Below are positions 38,470 through 52,654 of a stretch of 64,000 nucleotides of DNA, piece after piece. The stretch's first letter is position 1. Each line of letters begins with the position of its first letter. Both the position numbers and the translations under genes were made by a program. The DNA is taken from NCBI RefSeq assembly GCF_036321535.1, contig NC_087436.1, positions 82,276,001-82,340,000 of the forward strand. Reading direction: 5' to 3'. The stretch comes from Camelus dromedarius (Eukaryota). The notes below the pieces were generated by a model, which did not search any database, was not told the origin of the DNA, and saw nothing but the letters and a program-made list of their open reading frames with translations.

Positions 38470-41107
38470 CTGCAAAAGTAATAAAACACTTTAGCATTCT
38501 GATTTGTTTCCAGAAAAAAGGTAGCCAAAAAATTGTGCTAATGCCCCCATTCATCATGTTAAACATCAATGTGGCTTTTCCCCATTATTTTTAGATTTAT
38601 CATATCTTCTCAACAGAGGGCTACAGGGCTGCCAAACTGCAAGTCTATGAACAGCACCTTCTGGAGTTTTACGAAGCACAGCCTATACAGGTGATGCCAA
38701 ACTCAAATGAAATAATAAAGGAAAACCCAACAAAATACTATAAATGGAGTCCAAGACATTCAATTAGTAAAACAATTTCATATGAGAGGCTGATGAACTC
38801 AGATGATTTGCTAGAGAGGTCAGAAGTCAATCTCATTACTAAATTCATGTAATTGAAGACCACATTTTGTTGCAGTTCATTGTATCGAACAAAATAACAT
38901 CAATTTTTATATTACAAGCTTTGTATCACATTGCTCTACTTCTGAAGGGCATTTATTTATCTTCCTGGAAAGGAAGAGGCTTAGCCCATGTTATAAGCTA
39001 ATTCATTCGTAGGAGTGCAATCCCATTGTATTCACAGTCCTGTGAGTACATGGGTAGGAATTTTGGGGGCCATCTTAGAAATCTGTCTACCAAAACAAGG
39101 AATTGAAAGAAATATTATTCACCTAAAAATCTTAAATAGAACAAACAAATAATGAAGTTTAATAGTGAGGTCAGAAGTGCTTTTTGGGGAAACCCCTTTA
39201 GAGAATGACGGGAGTTATTTAAGCCTTCTCTGACCCTTGGATTATGGGCTGCATCAAATATTAACAGTAATTTTGCAAATTTTAACATGTGGTCTTTCTG
39301 CTGTATCAGGTAGCCTAAATTTCATGAGATTAGTATTAAACAGAAAGGAGATACAGAAAAGGAAAAAAGCATTATTTAAACCAGGATCTCACTCTTTGTC
39401 TGATATTTATTATCATTATTGCAGAGACTTCTGAATAATGAACATGATGTGGGGCTGCCTGAACCCTAACCTCATAATCTCACATAATCTATTACCAATT
39501 ATCTCAACATCAAATAGTTGCTTTGTCTTTTCTTTGAATTTTCACATTACACATTACTGTCATTGCCATGTTCTTGCCTCTCTGCAAACTCTGAGAGTAG
39601 TTGTCTATAAAACCTGTAATGATGAAACTATGTTAATGTAGAAAACTGAAAAAAAAAACTATTATGATGTTTAGTACCATAAGCCAAGAGCTATAAAAAT
39701 ACTATCTTTAAAAAGATAACAACTATGAGTTTGATACTGAAGTCAACGCCACCTTACACGTAAGGAATGGGGCTGATGAGGGGTAATTTACTCAGGGCCA
39801 GACAGTTTGAAAACAGCAGAGCTAAGAGTAAAACAGTTAGTCAGACTCCAAAACCCACGCTCATAATCAAAAGTCATAATTTCTCCTCATTGTACTTAAC
39901 AGATTAAAGCTGAGCCCCATATATGGTGTAGAAGAGAGCATGAAACAAGACGAGAAAATTTGGAGAACACTGGAGAAATGGAAGATAACAGAGAAGAGAA
40001 GTGGCCAGTGAAAATATCCCTATTTCAAAACCTTTTTATTTTAGGAGATACTTACATTACAGAAAAGTTTCAAAAACAGCACAGAGTTCCTATATATCCC
40101 ATACCCATTTTACTTTATTATTAGTATCTTACTAATGTCAAAATATACATATAAATTAATAATACAAATGATGATAAACGTATCAAAGTATAAAGAAATG
40201 TATAGTACCTGTTTATAATTAATAAACCAACTTACTGATATAATAAAAAGCTAATTCACTGTAATGGTGATTGGAAAAAACTATACCAATTTTTTTAACA
40301 CACTGCAGCAATAAAATTTGATCTATTCTAAAACTTATACGTCACTGACTTGGTATATACTTTGGATAAAAGTGTACTGTATAAACCTGTACTACTCTGC
40401 TGCTTCATCTGTAATTTATCTGAGGAAAGAGCAGACACAGCTGATCCTAATGAGTCAATAAAGGAAAGCACTATAGTGACTGGCCCATATTCAGTGCTAT
40501 GTATTAGCTACTATTACTGGAGAGAGGGCTGCTCTACTGAAATTCTAACTTTCAGTTTACCAAGAGTATCTTAGGAAAGAAATTGTTAAGGATAATGTTG
40601 TCATTCATTTTGTCTCCTTAACCTCGTAAGCAATGATTTACAAAATACTGTGGTTATAAACTTTCAGGTGTGGGTGAACACGTGCGTGTGCACTCTAGAA
40701 CATACCAGTGTTATATACCATGGCAAAAGTAAGTGTGCCATGTAATTCCCCCCCACTTCCTAGCCCCCAGAACACAAGAGCATATGACATCATTGGTTAT
40801 TTCCTACTCCTTAAAACTCTCTTCTTTTGATTTTCATGACATCACATGTTTGAGTTTCCTTCTACGTTATCTCTCCGGCTGGTACTTTTCAGCTTCCTTT
40901 AACAGTGCCTTCTTCTCTACTCCATCACTAAATTACGAAGTTCTCTAAGGCCTCTTATCACACTATACTCTCTGCAGGTAATCTCATCCTTTCCATGAAT
41001 TTATGAGAGCTCTGATATATATTTCCAGATGTATATCTAACTTTTTAAATCTACCTGGCTCTTCAACTTTAACTTTAATCTGAAATGAAACTCACTGTTT
41101 ACCTCCC

Positions 41108-41665
41108 TGTGCTAGGGAGATTTTAAGATATCTCCCCCAACAATATTCACCCTCAAGTTTCACTCCTATGATTATGCTACATTATATGGCAAAAGGGAGA
41201 TTAGCTGAGTGGGCCTAATCTAATCACACAAGCCCTATAAAAGCAGAGAGGTTTCTCCAGCTGGTAGCAGAAGTCAGATCAGAAACTTAGAGAACGAGGT
41301 GAATTCTGCAAACTGCTGCTTGTTTGAAGACAGAGGAGAACACCTGGAAAGCACCCCACAGTGGCTTCTAGGAGCTGAGTGACCCCTGACCTACAGCCAG
41401 TAAAAATGAGAAACTCGGTCCTATAATCCCAAAGAAGTGAATTCTATCAGTAACCTAAACGACCTTGGAAGTAGTCTCTTCCTCAGAGCCTCCATAAGAG
41501 CCTCCAGCCTACACCTTGACATAGATATCTTGTGAGACCGTAAGTGGAAAACTCAGTAAAAATTGCTGGACTTCTGACCTACAGAACTGTGAGCTAATAA
41601 ATGGATGTTGTTCTAAGCTGCTAAGCTTGTCGTAAATGGTTACACAGCAAGAGAAAACTAACACA
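41108..41665 (+). mobile_element. MLT1 (ERVL-MaLR) solo LTR
   Basis: TG...CA ends; GGACTTCTGACCTACAGAACTGTGAGCTAATAAATGGATGTTGTTCTAAGCTGCTAAG...CAGCAAGAGAAAACTAACA. Confidence 0.85.
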
Positions 41666-42164
41666 CCTATCACAAGAGAAACAAAAATTTTATCCTATTC
41701 ACCATCTTGTTCTTCCCAGTGCAGAAGATCATACTGCTATCCATACTAAGTTGTTTAAGCCAGAAACTGAAGGATCATCATTGCCTCTACCTTATTGTTC
41801 TTTCTACCGCCCACATATAATTATCATAAAATCTTATTGATTGTACACTTCTGAACTCTCAAATATGTCCTCTTTTCTCTTTAACTTCTACCACCTGAGT
41901 CCAAGCCACCATTTTTTCTTGACTGAAATATTACAATAACCCTTTCAGTCCCCCAGACTTTTCACCCTGGTCCTCCTCAAATACCTTCTCCATTTCATAA
42001 GCAGAGGAACTCTGGAGAAAAATGTGATTCTATCATTCCCCTGCTACCAAAAATGTGTGTGTGTGTGTATTTCTAAGCCGACCAGATAAAAAATCCTGGC
42101 AAACCTGAAAGACCCTTATGTTTTGCCTACTATTTCAGCCTTACCTCTCAACACTATTCCCTTT

Positions 42165-42245
42165 TTAAACTGAGGTACTGGGGATTGAACCCAGGACCTT
42201 GTGCATGCTAAGCATGTGCTTCACCACTGAGCTATACCCTCCCCC
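42165..42245 (-). mobile_element. Head-only Vic-1-like SINE with perfect 16-bp TSD
   Basis: TSD CAACACTATTCCCTTT at 42149-42164 and 42246-42261; tRNA-Ala-like body. Confidence 0.88.
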
Positions 42246-44499
42246 CAACACTATTCCCTTTAATTTCTCAGACACACTGGACTTCTTTCATGCTCTCTGT
42301 TCTCATTCACCTCCAGTTTTTCAAAGACTCTTTATCACTTTCCATCCACCACCCTTCTACCCATCACCCACTTAACCAGGCTAAATTCTTCTATTGCTTC
42401 TGATCTTAGGTTAAATGGGACTTCATTAAGATCTCTGCTCCCAAGTATCCTTTACTTATCCTGGTGCTAACATTATTACCATTGTAATTTGGTCTTTATT
42501 TTTATCTTGACTTTTAGAGTGTAAGCTCTACAGAGATAGGGAAACTGGCTATCTTATTTATTGCTCCATCTTCAGCACTTGGTATATCTTACAATGGGCA
42601 CTTAACCAGTATATGCTGAATAAATAAATCGACCCCTAGAGATGCTCTGTTAGGATGATGGGTTTCAGTAAAACCACAGCTTGAGCAAATGTAAGTATCC
42701 ATTTTAGGGGAAAGATGGAAAAGGGGAAAAAACAAATAAAACCAGATACTTAACATGTGAAAATTATCTTGGGATGCACTGAAACAGTGGTTTGTGGGGT
42801 TACAAATTATACAAGCAAATAATATGAGAAAATAATTGCAGTTCTATGTTTTTTTCTTATACAGTTAGAAAGCTATTGTAGTGCTCAGGGCATATTCTTA
42901 AAACATTAAAGAAACTGAACTATTTTGCTAGAGAAATTCACTCAATACTTGGCTAAAAAACCTGCTTATGATGAAAAAGAGGCAAAGATATAAAAATTAA
43001 AAATATACTTTAGGATTTTCTCCCTCATTTTTATTCATCTGTTAGAATTTAAACTATTTATTTGTAGTTACCATGGAGCATAAATCAAGCCTACTAAAGT
43101 ATTCAAATGTCATTTGTAGATAAGTAGTATATTTTAAGACCAGCTTTTCCCCCTAAGATTCTTTCTTCTCAAGAGTGAAAAAAGGCTAAAGATCTCTTTT
43201 CAGCAGAACTCTCTTCACATTTCCAGCTAATCTTTCATACTTTTAACACATAAAGAAAAACCAGTTAAAAACACTTTATGTGAAATTAATCAAGAATAGA
43301 AAGTTAGATGGCAATGGATCCCTGCGGGCAGTTCAATTTGGAATTGCTCACTTTGGCAACAAGTCATTTTTTAACTCTTACAGAATGTTGTTGCAGTTTG
43401 CAAACCACGTAAGTCAATGTTTATGGTTAGGTTTTGTTAATTTGGGTTTGTTTCTTTTCAATAAAATTCTAATAAAGATGTTTTGATCTTTGTTTTTGTA
43501 TACAAAGCTACTCTTAAGCAATATTTTCAATATTTACTCTAACACCCCTCTTTTTCTTTCTTCTATTATATTTTCACGCTGAAACAGAGGCAGAATTATT
43601 CTAGTATCTAGGTTTATGTAAATTATTAGGTGCAGTCTTTGAAATCCTCACCCTATTTGCTGAATTTCCTTCCTTCCATCATCTCTTAAAGCATCCAGAT
43701 ATTCCTTCAAGTACTTATGTCTCCAGACCAAACCCCTTCAACAATTTTTTATATGAACGCTTTTCAGATCTCTAATACGTCAGTCCTTACATCTATCCCA
43801 TAAAATTACTCCTACATTTATATCAATTTTTGTGCACCCCCATAATCATTTTCAAATTATAAACATTTATTACTGTACTAACAGGTTATGTTCATTATAA
43901 AACACCCACTCAAAATAAATTTAAGGATGAAATAAAAAAATATATTGAAAGTCTTAATTTTTTATTCCCATATTCCAACTGGTGTTGCATATCCCAACAT
44001 GAGACCACAGCTCCAGATACAGACAGGATCAGCATGAAGAACAGTACAACTACAATCTCCCTTGATCCAAAGGCTTTACTTCTCTTAATGCAGGCAACTG
44101 TATTATGTTCATTTCCCTCCTTTTCTAAGAACTGTGCTTCATATTGGTTCAGGTATTTTTTCCATATGAAACATAATCACAAATTTGACTTCTCACCATG
44201 TTGTAGTGGTGCAATTTTTTTTTTAATATCTAAAGCAGGTTTTAACCTGTAACTCTAATTTAAATATTTTTAGGTTTTGCCTGTAGATCTAGAATATGTT
44301 TGGTGTACTATGCTATTGAATCCTGACTTATTCATATGATATTAGCTATTCTTCTATCTTAAGACATCTGAAAATTTGGTATTCAAAGCTAGTCAACATT
44401 TCCTAAGTCATGTTACTAAAAATCTTTCTCCTCTAAAGAGATTGATCTACTTATCAATATATATGTCAATTTATTATGGATGAATATTTTAAATATTAA

Positions 44500-45195
44500 C
44501 TGCTCATAATGATTAAAAAATAGTGAATAGAAATTGAAAGATATTTTCTTAACATGCTAAAATACATATGCCTTAACCCTAAGGCTAGTATCTTACCTAA
44601 TAGGGAAACACTAAAGACATTTCTATTAAGATCAAGGACAAGACAAAAACATCTACCACCTCTGCTACCATTCACACTATATTAGATTATGAGCCAATAC
44701 AGTTAGGCAACAAAGACCAATTAGAAGCCTAAGAATGTGCGGAAAAATTGGCAAAAGTTGAATAAGGTCTACAGATTAATTAACAGCATTACATTGATGT
44801 TACTTCCTAGTTTCAAATTTCCTAGTTTCAATAATCGTGCTAAGATGGTGTAAGATGTTCGTATTACGGGAGCTGGGTGAAGAGTATACAGTAGGATTTC
44901 TGTCTTAGCACTATTAATTTTTGGGGCCGGGTAATTCTTTGCTGTAGAGGGCTTTCTTGTGTATTAGAGGATCTTCAGCAGCACCCTTGGCCTCGCCCAA
45001 CTAGAAACCAACAGCAATTCCCCCAACCTGTTGGCCCTCAAGTTGTGACAAGCAAAAAATGTCTCCAGACATTGCCAAGTGTTCCAGAGGGAGCAAAATT
45101 ATCTTCAGTTGAGAACCATAAGTACATAGGAACTCAACTATTTTTAAAACTTTTCTGAAAACCTAAAATTGTTTCAAAGTTAAAGTTAAAAAATA
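44500..45195 (+). mobile_element. L1 fragments (ORF2 RT remnant, then 3' end) interrupted by MER20
   Basis: AAAGACATTTCTATTAAGATCAAGGACAAGACAA resembles the L1 RT FPLRSGTRQG motif; GGGAGCTGGGTGAAGAGTATA...GGAACTC split by MER20. Confidence 0.6.
44889..45120 (+). mobile_element. MER20 hAT DNA transposon
   Basis: GTTGTGACAAGCAAAAAATGTCTCCAGACATTGCCAAGTGT...GTTGAGAACCA. Confidence 0.85.
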
Positions 45196-45401
45196 ATCAC
45201 TGAGGTGTAAGTGAAAACTATGACAATCATCTTACTCAAAGACATGATTCTATTCTTAATTTTCAGGAAAAATTTAAACGTTATAAAAAGTATCACATTG
45301 GATGCTTTAACAGTTTCTAAAAAGTAAAAAATTAGCCCTTTCAATTACAGGAAGCTTTATTTTCCACCAACAAATCAAAATAAATTTCCATGCTGATCTA
45401 C

Positions 45402-45513
45402 CTCTTTGTGTTCATTGATGCTTTCATCATCCATTTATTAGTGAGAGGATCAAACATCTCCATACTACCTAAATGTTCATTTCCATCATGTCCACCCACT
45501 GCATACACTTTAC
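45402..45513 (-). CDS. KLHL8: KLHL8 coding exon, 112 nt (kelch repeat)
   Basis: GGCAG acceptor, GTAGAT donor; KVYAVGGHDGNEHLGSMEMFDPLTNKWMMKASMNTK(R); absent from ORF track. Confidence 0.96.
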
Positions 45514-46457
45514 CTGCCAAAAAGAGAAGTATTCACTTGATTACAAATAAATAAATTGATAATGGTGTTTATATATATCAATATATAATTAAAATAGTAT
45601 GATAAATTAATTTAACACATATTCTTCTGCTCAGCAATATGTCGTCACTTCAGTAGTCAAATGAAAATGTAAGTTTCTACTAATACAATACCTGAGACAT
45701 GCTGTTTTACAAGAAGTTATTTAAATGTTTAAATATTATCCCACCCTTAGATGTCCCAACTTTTTATTACTTAGTAAATGAAATCACTCATCATCCTTTC
45801 AAAGAATGTTTAATAAAATCAAAAAATGCTCTTATGCTATATAAAAATATAAAACCCTTAATACAATAAATCAAACTTTTATTCTAAATGAAATAAAAAT
45901 TGGAAATATTCCATACCAAAATGTTAACTATTTCTAGGTGTTTGGATTACAGATGATTTTTATTTTTTATTAAAACATGTTTTCATATTTCCCCCCCAAA
46001 GCATTTATAAACTCATAATCAGAAGAAAAGTGACTTTTTAAAGTCTCCTAACAATTTATCCATGGCTCTGCAATTAATTCACTTCCAGTAACCAGTAAAA
46101 AAAAAAAAAATCTTATTTCAATAATAATAATTAGATGGGTACAGGAAAAAAAGCTGATATATATTATTTGAATTCAATAATATTTTTATTTAGTTTGTCT
46201 TTTGCAAATATAACTCAGAATAGTTTATTTTAACTGCTTTTTCCCTAATACTCATCTCCCATTAACATCTATATGCAGCAGATTATACACTGAGCATCTA
46301 TGGGCACATAGTGAATATTCACCACCCAAATAATTTATTGATATATGGAAACATTTTATAATGTAGGATTTTTCTTATAGAAACAAATTCTCTAAGTGCA
46401 AATATTTTAAAAGAGCATTTTGATCATGAGATGTGATTTAAAACAATAGTGACCCAC

Positions 46458-46601
46458 CTTCCACTGAAATTACACCCACATGTCGCCTTCGACTATTCAT
46501 TTCTGGTCCAAAGAACCAACTGTTTTTGTTGATAGAATAGCATTCAATACTGCGAAAGGGGTCACCTGATCCACCTCGACCACCTACACAAAACAGCACG
46601 C
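46458..46601 (-). CDS. KLHL8: KLHL8 coding exon, 144 nt (kelch repeat)
   Basis: TTTAG acceptor, GTGGGT donor; VLFCVGGRGGSGDPFRSIECYS...VGVISVE. Confidence 0.96.
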
Positions 46602-46799
46602 CTAAAGGTAAGGACACAAAATAGAGGTTAAAAATCACAGTAATTTTTTTTAAATAAGTACAGAAAAAAATTTAGAAAGTCAAAATTTTGATTCATGGCC
46701 AAAAAAATGAGTTATTTGGATAGCATTTAATGTCATTATAGTACTAAAAATCTAAATTTCTTTTTCTTTTTCCCTCCTTTGAATTTCTCAAATAGGATA

Positions 46800-47410
46800 C
46801 ATCAGTTATCTCTGCTTGCTAACATCCCACTAAGAAGTGGTTAAAACTCTCACCCACTCTGTAAAATTGCTCTTGCTCAGGCCATTACAAAAGCTAAAAA
46901 GCTCATAAAGTTAATTGCTGATGGGACACAATTAAAATATTTGATATGTTGATCACCCCCTTTTTTTTGAAACTCCTTATCACTCTTGGTTTCCATAATA
47001 TCAAGGTCTCCTTTTGTTTCCAGTCATTTCTCTCTTTCCTATGTTTTCTATGTTTCATTTTTAGCCTATTTCTCAGATACTCCATGCTCACACAGGAAAA
47101 ATTCAATACTTCACTTAAAATTCCATCTGTATCATAATGCCTTTCAACATCCATTTCTAAGCCACATTTCCACTTGGTGTCCCATAGGCACCTCAAACCA
47201 AAATGTTCAAAAGCATTTTCTTCCTCACCTACCTAAACAACCTCTTCCTTCCTCTCCCTCAATATTCCCACTGCCACTGCTTTAGTGCAGGCCCTCATCA
47301 GCTATTACTGCAAAATCCTGTTTTCTCTTGTCACTTAGTACTCAGTACTCTTTTTGCTTTCGGGCTATCAACCAAATAATCTAATTAAAGACTCTCTCAA
47401 CAGCTTTTCA
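46800..47410 (+). mobile_element. L2 remnant
   Basis: CACTTGGTGTCCCATAGGCACCTCAAACCAAAATGTTCAAA; TTAGTGCAGGCCCTCATCA. Confidence 0.55.
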
Positions 47411-47420
47411 TTACCTACAT

Positions 47421-47727
47421 CAGCAGTTCTTAAAAATTTTATCATATGCCACTAAATTATACATTTTAAAAATAGTTAAAGTGGCAATTTTTATATTGTA
47501 TGTATTTTATTACAATTTTTAAAAAAAGATCAAAACTTTGGTGTGGTACAGAATCACCTGGAGAGCGTAAAACACAGATTGTTAGGCTGACCCCTCTACC
47601 CCAAGAGTTTCTGATTCATTAGGTCTGGGGTAGATCCAAAATTTTGTATTTCTAAAAAGTTCCCAAGTGAATGCTGATGTTGCTGGTCAGGGGGCCACCA
47701 CTTGCTTCACACAGTGAGAACCACTGC
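47421..47727 (+). mobile_element. MER5A hAT transposon with short L1 3' end inserted at ~47440-47530
   Basis: CAGAATCACCTGGAGAGC...GAGTTTCTGATTCATTAGGTCTGGGG...TTTCTAAAAAGTTCCCAAGTG...GAGAACCACTG. Confidence 0.8.
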
Positions 47728-49912
47728 TCTGCAAGACAGAGCCTTAAAACAGCATAATGGCCTGGCAGTGTCTAACCTGATCTTCTGCGTCTCATTCTCT
47801 TAATGTTCATGCTCCTGCCGTGGTCATCCTCAGTGTTCCGACAGCCAACTTTTGGTAACTATTATTCATTTAACATACAGTACTGAAATGATCTATTACA
47901 CTGATTATCCGTCACCAGAATCTAAACTAGATTAAGATGGTGTGTTAAGGGTTTATGCACTAATAAAGACTAGCACAATGTCTAGCAGGTACTAAGCATT
48001 CAATAAATGTAAAATGAACTGAATGCCCTTCTCTTAGTGGCACCCAGAAGAATACCTATTATTCAAAACTAAGACTGGGGGTTACCTTCTCCATAAAACC
48101 TTTTTTGTCCCTTCCAAAGTAAAAATAACCACTCTTTTCTTTTTGTCTCCCACCATACCTTGTGATTACATCAAAGTACCAGTAATACTTTATTGCATTT
48201 ATTTATTCATATGTTTATTTCCCTAGATCAGACTAAAAGTTCTCTCTCTCAGTACAGGGCTGGCTATACTCCATTTGTGTTTGCATTTCTAATGCCTAAC
48301 CCAGAACCTGCCCCGTGGAAAGCAATTATATGTCTGCGGAATGACTGCATAAATGAATAACCAGAGCTACTTGTGCAGTTTCCCAACTAATTAAATATTT
48401 TAAATCAGGGAAATTTAAAGTTGGAAGAGACTTTAAAGATTATCCCAGTCCAAATTACTTATAAATAAACTGAGGCCTTCAGAGATTAAGAAATCTGCCC
48501 CAAATTACAAATGTTTAGTGCCACAGTCTGGAGTTACAATCCCAGAATGTAAGCCCAATCAATGATTAGATTTTATTTAAGTGGACACTAATATTTCAGC
48601 TATATAGGTCACCTAGGAACACGACATGAAAGGACAAACTAAACTGAAGTAAAAATATTAGGATGCAAATCCTTTCTCTGCTATGTTGTGGGCCCTTCCT
48701 GCTCTAATTCTCAGTTTCCTCATCCGTAAAATGGAATAATACCCCGTGCTCATGAGGATCAAATCCTTCACTAAATCTACTTCCTAAAGTTCTTGTAGTC
48801 ACGTAAGAAATCATGTATACGAGGGTCTAGTATGTTTGGCATATCATCTAAGCTGTCAAGATGTCGTTTGAATTCAAATCTGAATCTGAAGAATACCTTG
48901 ACTTCCTAAAACAGAATTCACAAGAAAAGAAAAAATCTTAACTGAAAAAAAATTGTTAAGTTAACCTATAAAAAAGGAAAATAAATAAGCAGTCCTTTTC
49001 ATGTTAAACTAATTATTCTGAAGAATTACTTCTTCATAGGCAGATCTACGACATTCAAACTTTCTTTATACTACCTAGGTAAAGATCCCACTATTCATAA
49101 TAGAGTACTGCCTTTTATTGTTGCTTTTAGGCTAGTCCATGGGTCTCTTATTTGATAATTGTATTACATAGTAGCAAATGTACAAGGTCTCTGTTCCGAG
49201 TACTGATCCTTGAATTCATAAACCTCATTTATTTTCCCTTATCTCACAAATATATTCTTTATATTTCTAAAGAAGAACATAAGTGAACATAAACTATTTT
49301 CTCGAGAAAATACGAAGTCTGAAAATTGTGGGAAGTACAGGCAAAAAAACGCATGCTTCCTCAAATAAAAGAGCTTTAGATTCTAAGAGTCTAATATGGT
49401 CTATTATACTAACGTTAGGTGTATTTAGTGTCTTTTGATTTGATGAAATGCAAAAACAAATACTTAAATACATAATACACATCAAGCTGCATGCTTGGCA
49501 CTAGGGATGCAACTCTAATAAAATACTTCTCTGTCTTTGAAGGGTTCAAAATATGTCAAATAAATTTCAATGCAACATAGTAAAATAAGTGCAAAATAAG
49601 TGCTCTAAAAACACAAGTGACAGAGGAACTAATTCTGCCTGGGAGAATCAAAAAGACACCAATAGACAAGATACTTCAGCGAGCTCTTCAGAATGCATAA
49701 GTCATACTACAGCTTTTTAAAAAACTGGCTTATTGCTACAACTACCTGAATCACGTACAGTCAAGAATTCATATGTAACCTTATCTGCCAGTTATTACTT
49801 TAAGACAATCAGATACTAACCATCTTACAATTAGGTTTGGGCATATATAACCAACCCTCAAATACAACAAAACTCTTCTCAGCAGAGTTGATAAAATAAG
49901 TAATTTAATTAC

Positions 49913-50099
49913 CAGCAGTATGCTTCCTTGGAGTAGTCCGAATGGAGTATTCAAAGTCAGGTACTGCTCTGCTACTCAAGTGAAGGTGATAATTTCTTGC
50001 TTCATCCAATAAATCTCTACATTTTAGATTTTGCTTGACAATCTGTTCTTTTGCCACAACACCCATAAGAAAGTCAACTGGCAACAGCGGCAAACGAAC
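49913..50099 (-). CDS. KLHL8: KLHL8 coding exon, 187 nt
   Basis: TTAG acceptor, GTAATT donor; VRLPLLPVDFLMG...RTTPRKHTA. Confidence 0.96.
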
Positions 50100-51338
50100 C
50101 TAAGATTGTGAATAGTTGCAGATATAAAATTTAACTTGCAATTGGATAGCTCATTCTCTACTTTCACTGTAGCATGTTCTCTTTTTAAAACTCACTTACT
50201 TCATAAATCCTTTCTAACATGTGAATGTAGTTCAAAGTGCCAAGTTCTAAAGCAATTTCCAGTATTGGTCTGCACTAATGAAATGAGATTACATGTTAAA
50301 TATATCTTCCCTTTTAAATACAGGTTTAAGTAGACTGGATAAAATCATTCAATTGTCTTCAGTCAAGTTACTTATTCACTTCCAAAAATGGTACTGTCAT
50401 AATCACAAGGCCCCTTGCTGCTACAGGAAAGGCATAATCAAAACAAAATTGTGGTGCTTTGTTCTCTGGCCTTTTAAAGCTAAGACTGAATGTATGGAAA
50501 TGTGATTAATTTTTCACATGTATGTGAAAGAATTCATATCTGAAACAAATAGGTGATGTTTTCTATGACCTGGAAGGTTATACTAGGGGATGCACCCTCT
50601 TTCAGTAGAGGCACTCACCATTCTCCTCTTAAAGATGCACTGATTTTCTAGTGGATTAAAGGGATGATCAAACCACATTATGTGACTGAGTTAAAGGTGC
50701 ACACACATACACACGAGTAAGATTCAGGTGCAAGATAAAACAGAAATAAAACTTTGTTTTTGTTGACAAACTTATTTTCAAAAGTAATTCTAAGGCCTAT
50801 TTGTTATCTCCCTGTTAAAAATGTCTGTTGACAGTAAAAATAAATTAACAAATAAATAATTTAAAAGAGACATCGTATATAATTCTGATGTTGAAAAAGT
50901 AAAATTGTAGTGAGGAAACAAAACATAAAATGATGTCTTACAGTTCCTTCCAGAATAAATCCAATTATTAGGAATAAGTGTACTTTCATTAGCAAGGTAA
51001 TCCAGTAAATTTAGAAACTTTATTATAAAATAGCTATAAACTAATGTAGCAGTGTTTCCTCAGAACATTTTAGCATAAATAAAACATTCATTACTACTAC
51101 CTCAAAGGATATTTTAAATATTCAGATTAAAAAGCAGATAATGGTATTTCTAATTCAAATGTAACACATTCAGACTTATCCTTAAATGGTATAGTGAGTA
51201 AGCAGGCAAGTAAGAGTCAAAGCCATTTTCACACTGTATTACCTCAATGGATAATCTACACTTCTTATGCTAAATGGAACATGCTGATTTGCTTCCATAT
51301 CACTTCATATCTATACACAATCTTACTTCAGTCCCTAC

Positions 51339-51887
51339 CTGTGCAAGTGTTTCATCCAACCATTTGGAATGATGCTGGGGATTGGCAAGAAGCCACTTGA
51401 TGGCTGCACTATAGACCTGCTTTTCATTCTCAATATTTAGATCACTGGAGGACAAAAGTTTATGGAGATGCTGGGGTGACACACTTACAAAGTCTTCACA
51501 CTCCACCACTTCAGTAAAATGCTCACAAGCATACTGATCTGCCATGTCCATTAAGTCTATTCGATTGTGACTTTCTGCAAAGGATCTTACTGCCAGACAA
51601 TTGGAGGGATGAAAATGTAACTTCATGTATTCACAACAAGCTCTAGCCACCAGTTCAACCTGTAGAATACAGGCTGCATATAACAGAGGCTGGACGTTGT
51701 CAACTGTCAACGTGAGCCGTGAAGAATAGACAAACTTTACCAAGTCTTCTATTGCATCACCATCAAAATCTCTGATCTCAATCAGTGTTTGCTTGGCTTC
51801 AGCCATTTCAGAGAGAAACATGGCTCTGAAGTAGGGAATAACACAAGCCAATACCAGTTTGTGACAAGAGATTAGCTTTGAGCCAAC
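51339..51887 (-). CDS. KLHL8: KLHL8 coding exon, 549 nt (BTB and BACK domains)
   Basis: AACAG acceptor, GTAGGG donor; VGSKLISCHKLVLACVIPYFRAMF...KWLDETLAQ. Confidence 0.97.
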
Positions 51888-52221
51888 CTGTTCAAAACAA
51901 ACAAAAAGACTCAGTTTAATAACAAAATTAGTTTTAGATCAGCATCGAGCATGTGCTGTAGCAGGGACAAAAATTCCAGACAAATTTAGTGTATTTGTTT
52001 TAATAATGTAATGCTTTGGTCACTTACATTCAATGTAGGCCAGTTTCTTAAAATCAGGCAATTTTCTTCTTCCAAATTAGACAGTTAACTTTTACACGTG
52101 TTATCTATAATGTCTATACCATAAACTATGATTTTTCTATATTATCTCATATTTCAGAAGCATTCTGTGAATTAATGAGGACAGCAGCAAACATCACCTA
52201 GCACTTTGTATCAGGCACTAT

Positions 52222-52654
52222 ATTTTTTTTTGATCTGTTGAGTTTTTTTTTTTTTTAACTTTTTGAAGTTTTATTGACATACAACATTCTATAAATTTAA
52301 GATATGCAACACAGGGGAAGGGTATAGCTCAAATGGTAGAGTGCATGCTGCTCAGCATGCACGAGGTTCTGGGTTCAATCCCCAGTACCTCCATTTAAAA
52401 AATAACTAAATAAACAGACCTAATTACCTCCACCCCACCCCAAAAAAACCCTAAAAAACAAAAACCAAAGAAGTTATGCAACCTAATGATTTGATATATG
52501 TATATACTGTGAGACAATCACCACAATGAGTTTTAGTAAATTATCACCTCACATAATCACAATTTTTCTTTTCTTTCTGATGAGAACTTTTAAGACCTAC
52601 TCTCTTAGCAACTTTCAAATAAACCATACAGTATTGGTAACTGTAGTCATCATG
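52222..52654 (-). mobile_element. L1MA-like 3' end inserted in a MIR (~52180-52760)
   Basis: GATGAGAACTTTTAAGACCTACTCTCTTAGCAACTTTCAAAT...ACTGTAGTCATCATG; TSD TCAGGCACTAT / TCAGGGACTAT. Confidence 0.75.
52314..52470 (+). mobile_element. Vic-1-like SINE, full length
   Basis: GGGGAAGGGTATAGCTCAAATGGTAGAGTGCATG...GGGTTCAATCCCCAGTACCTCCA; TSD aagatatgcaacaca / aagttatgcaaccta. Confidence 0.88.

Larger units (their letters stand above)
40740..42630 (+). mobile_element. L2 remnant interrupted by MLT1 and a Vic-1 SINE
   Basis: Pyrimidine-rich L2 body; 3' end TAGAGTGTAAGCTC...TGCTGAATAAATAAAT. Confidence 0.55.
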
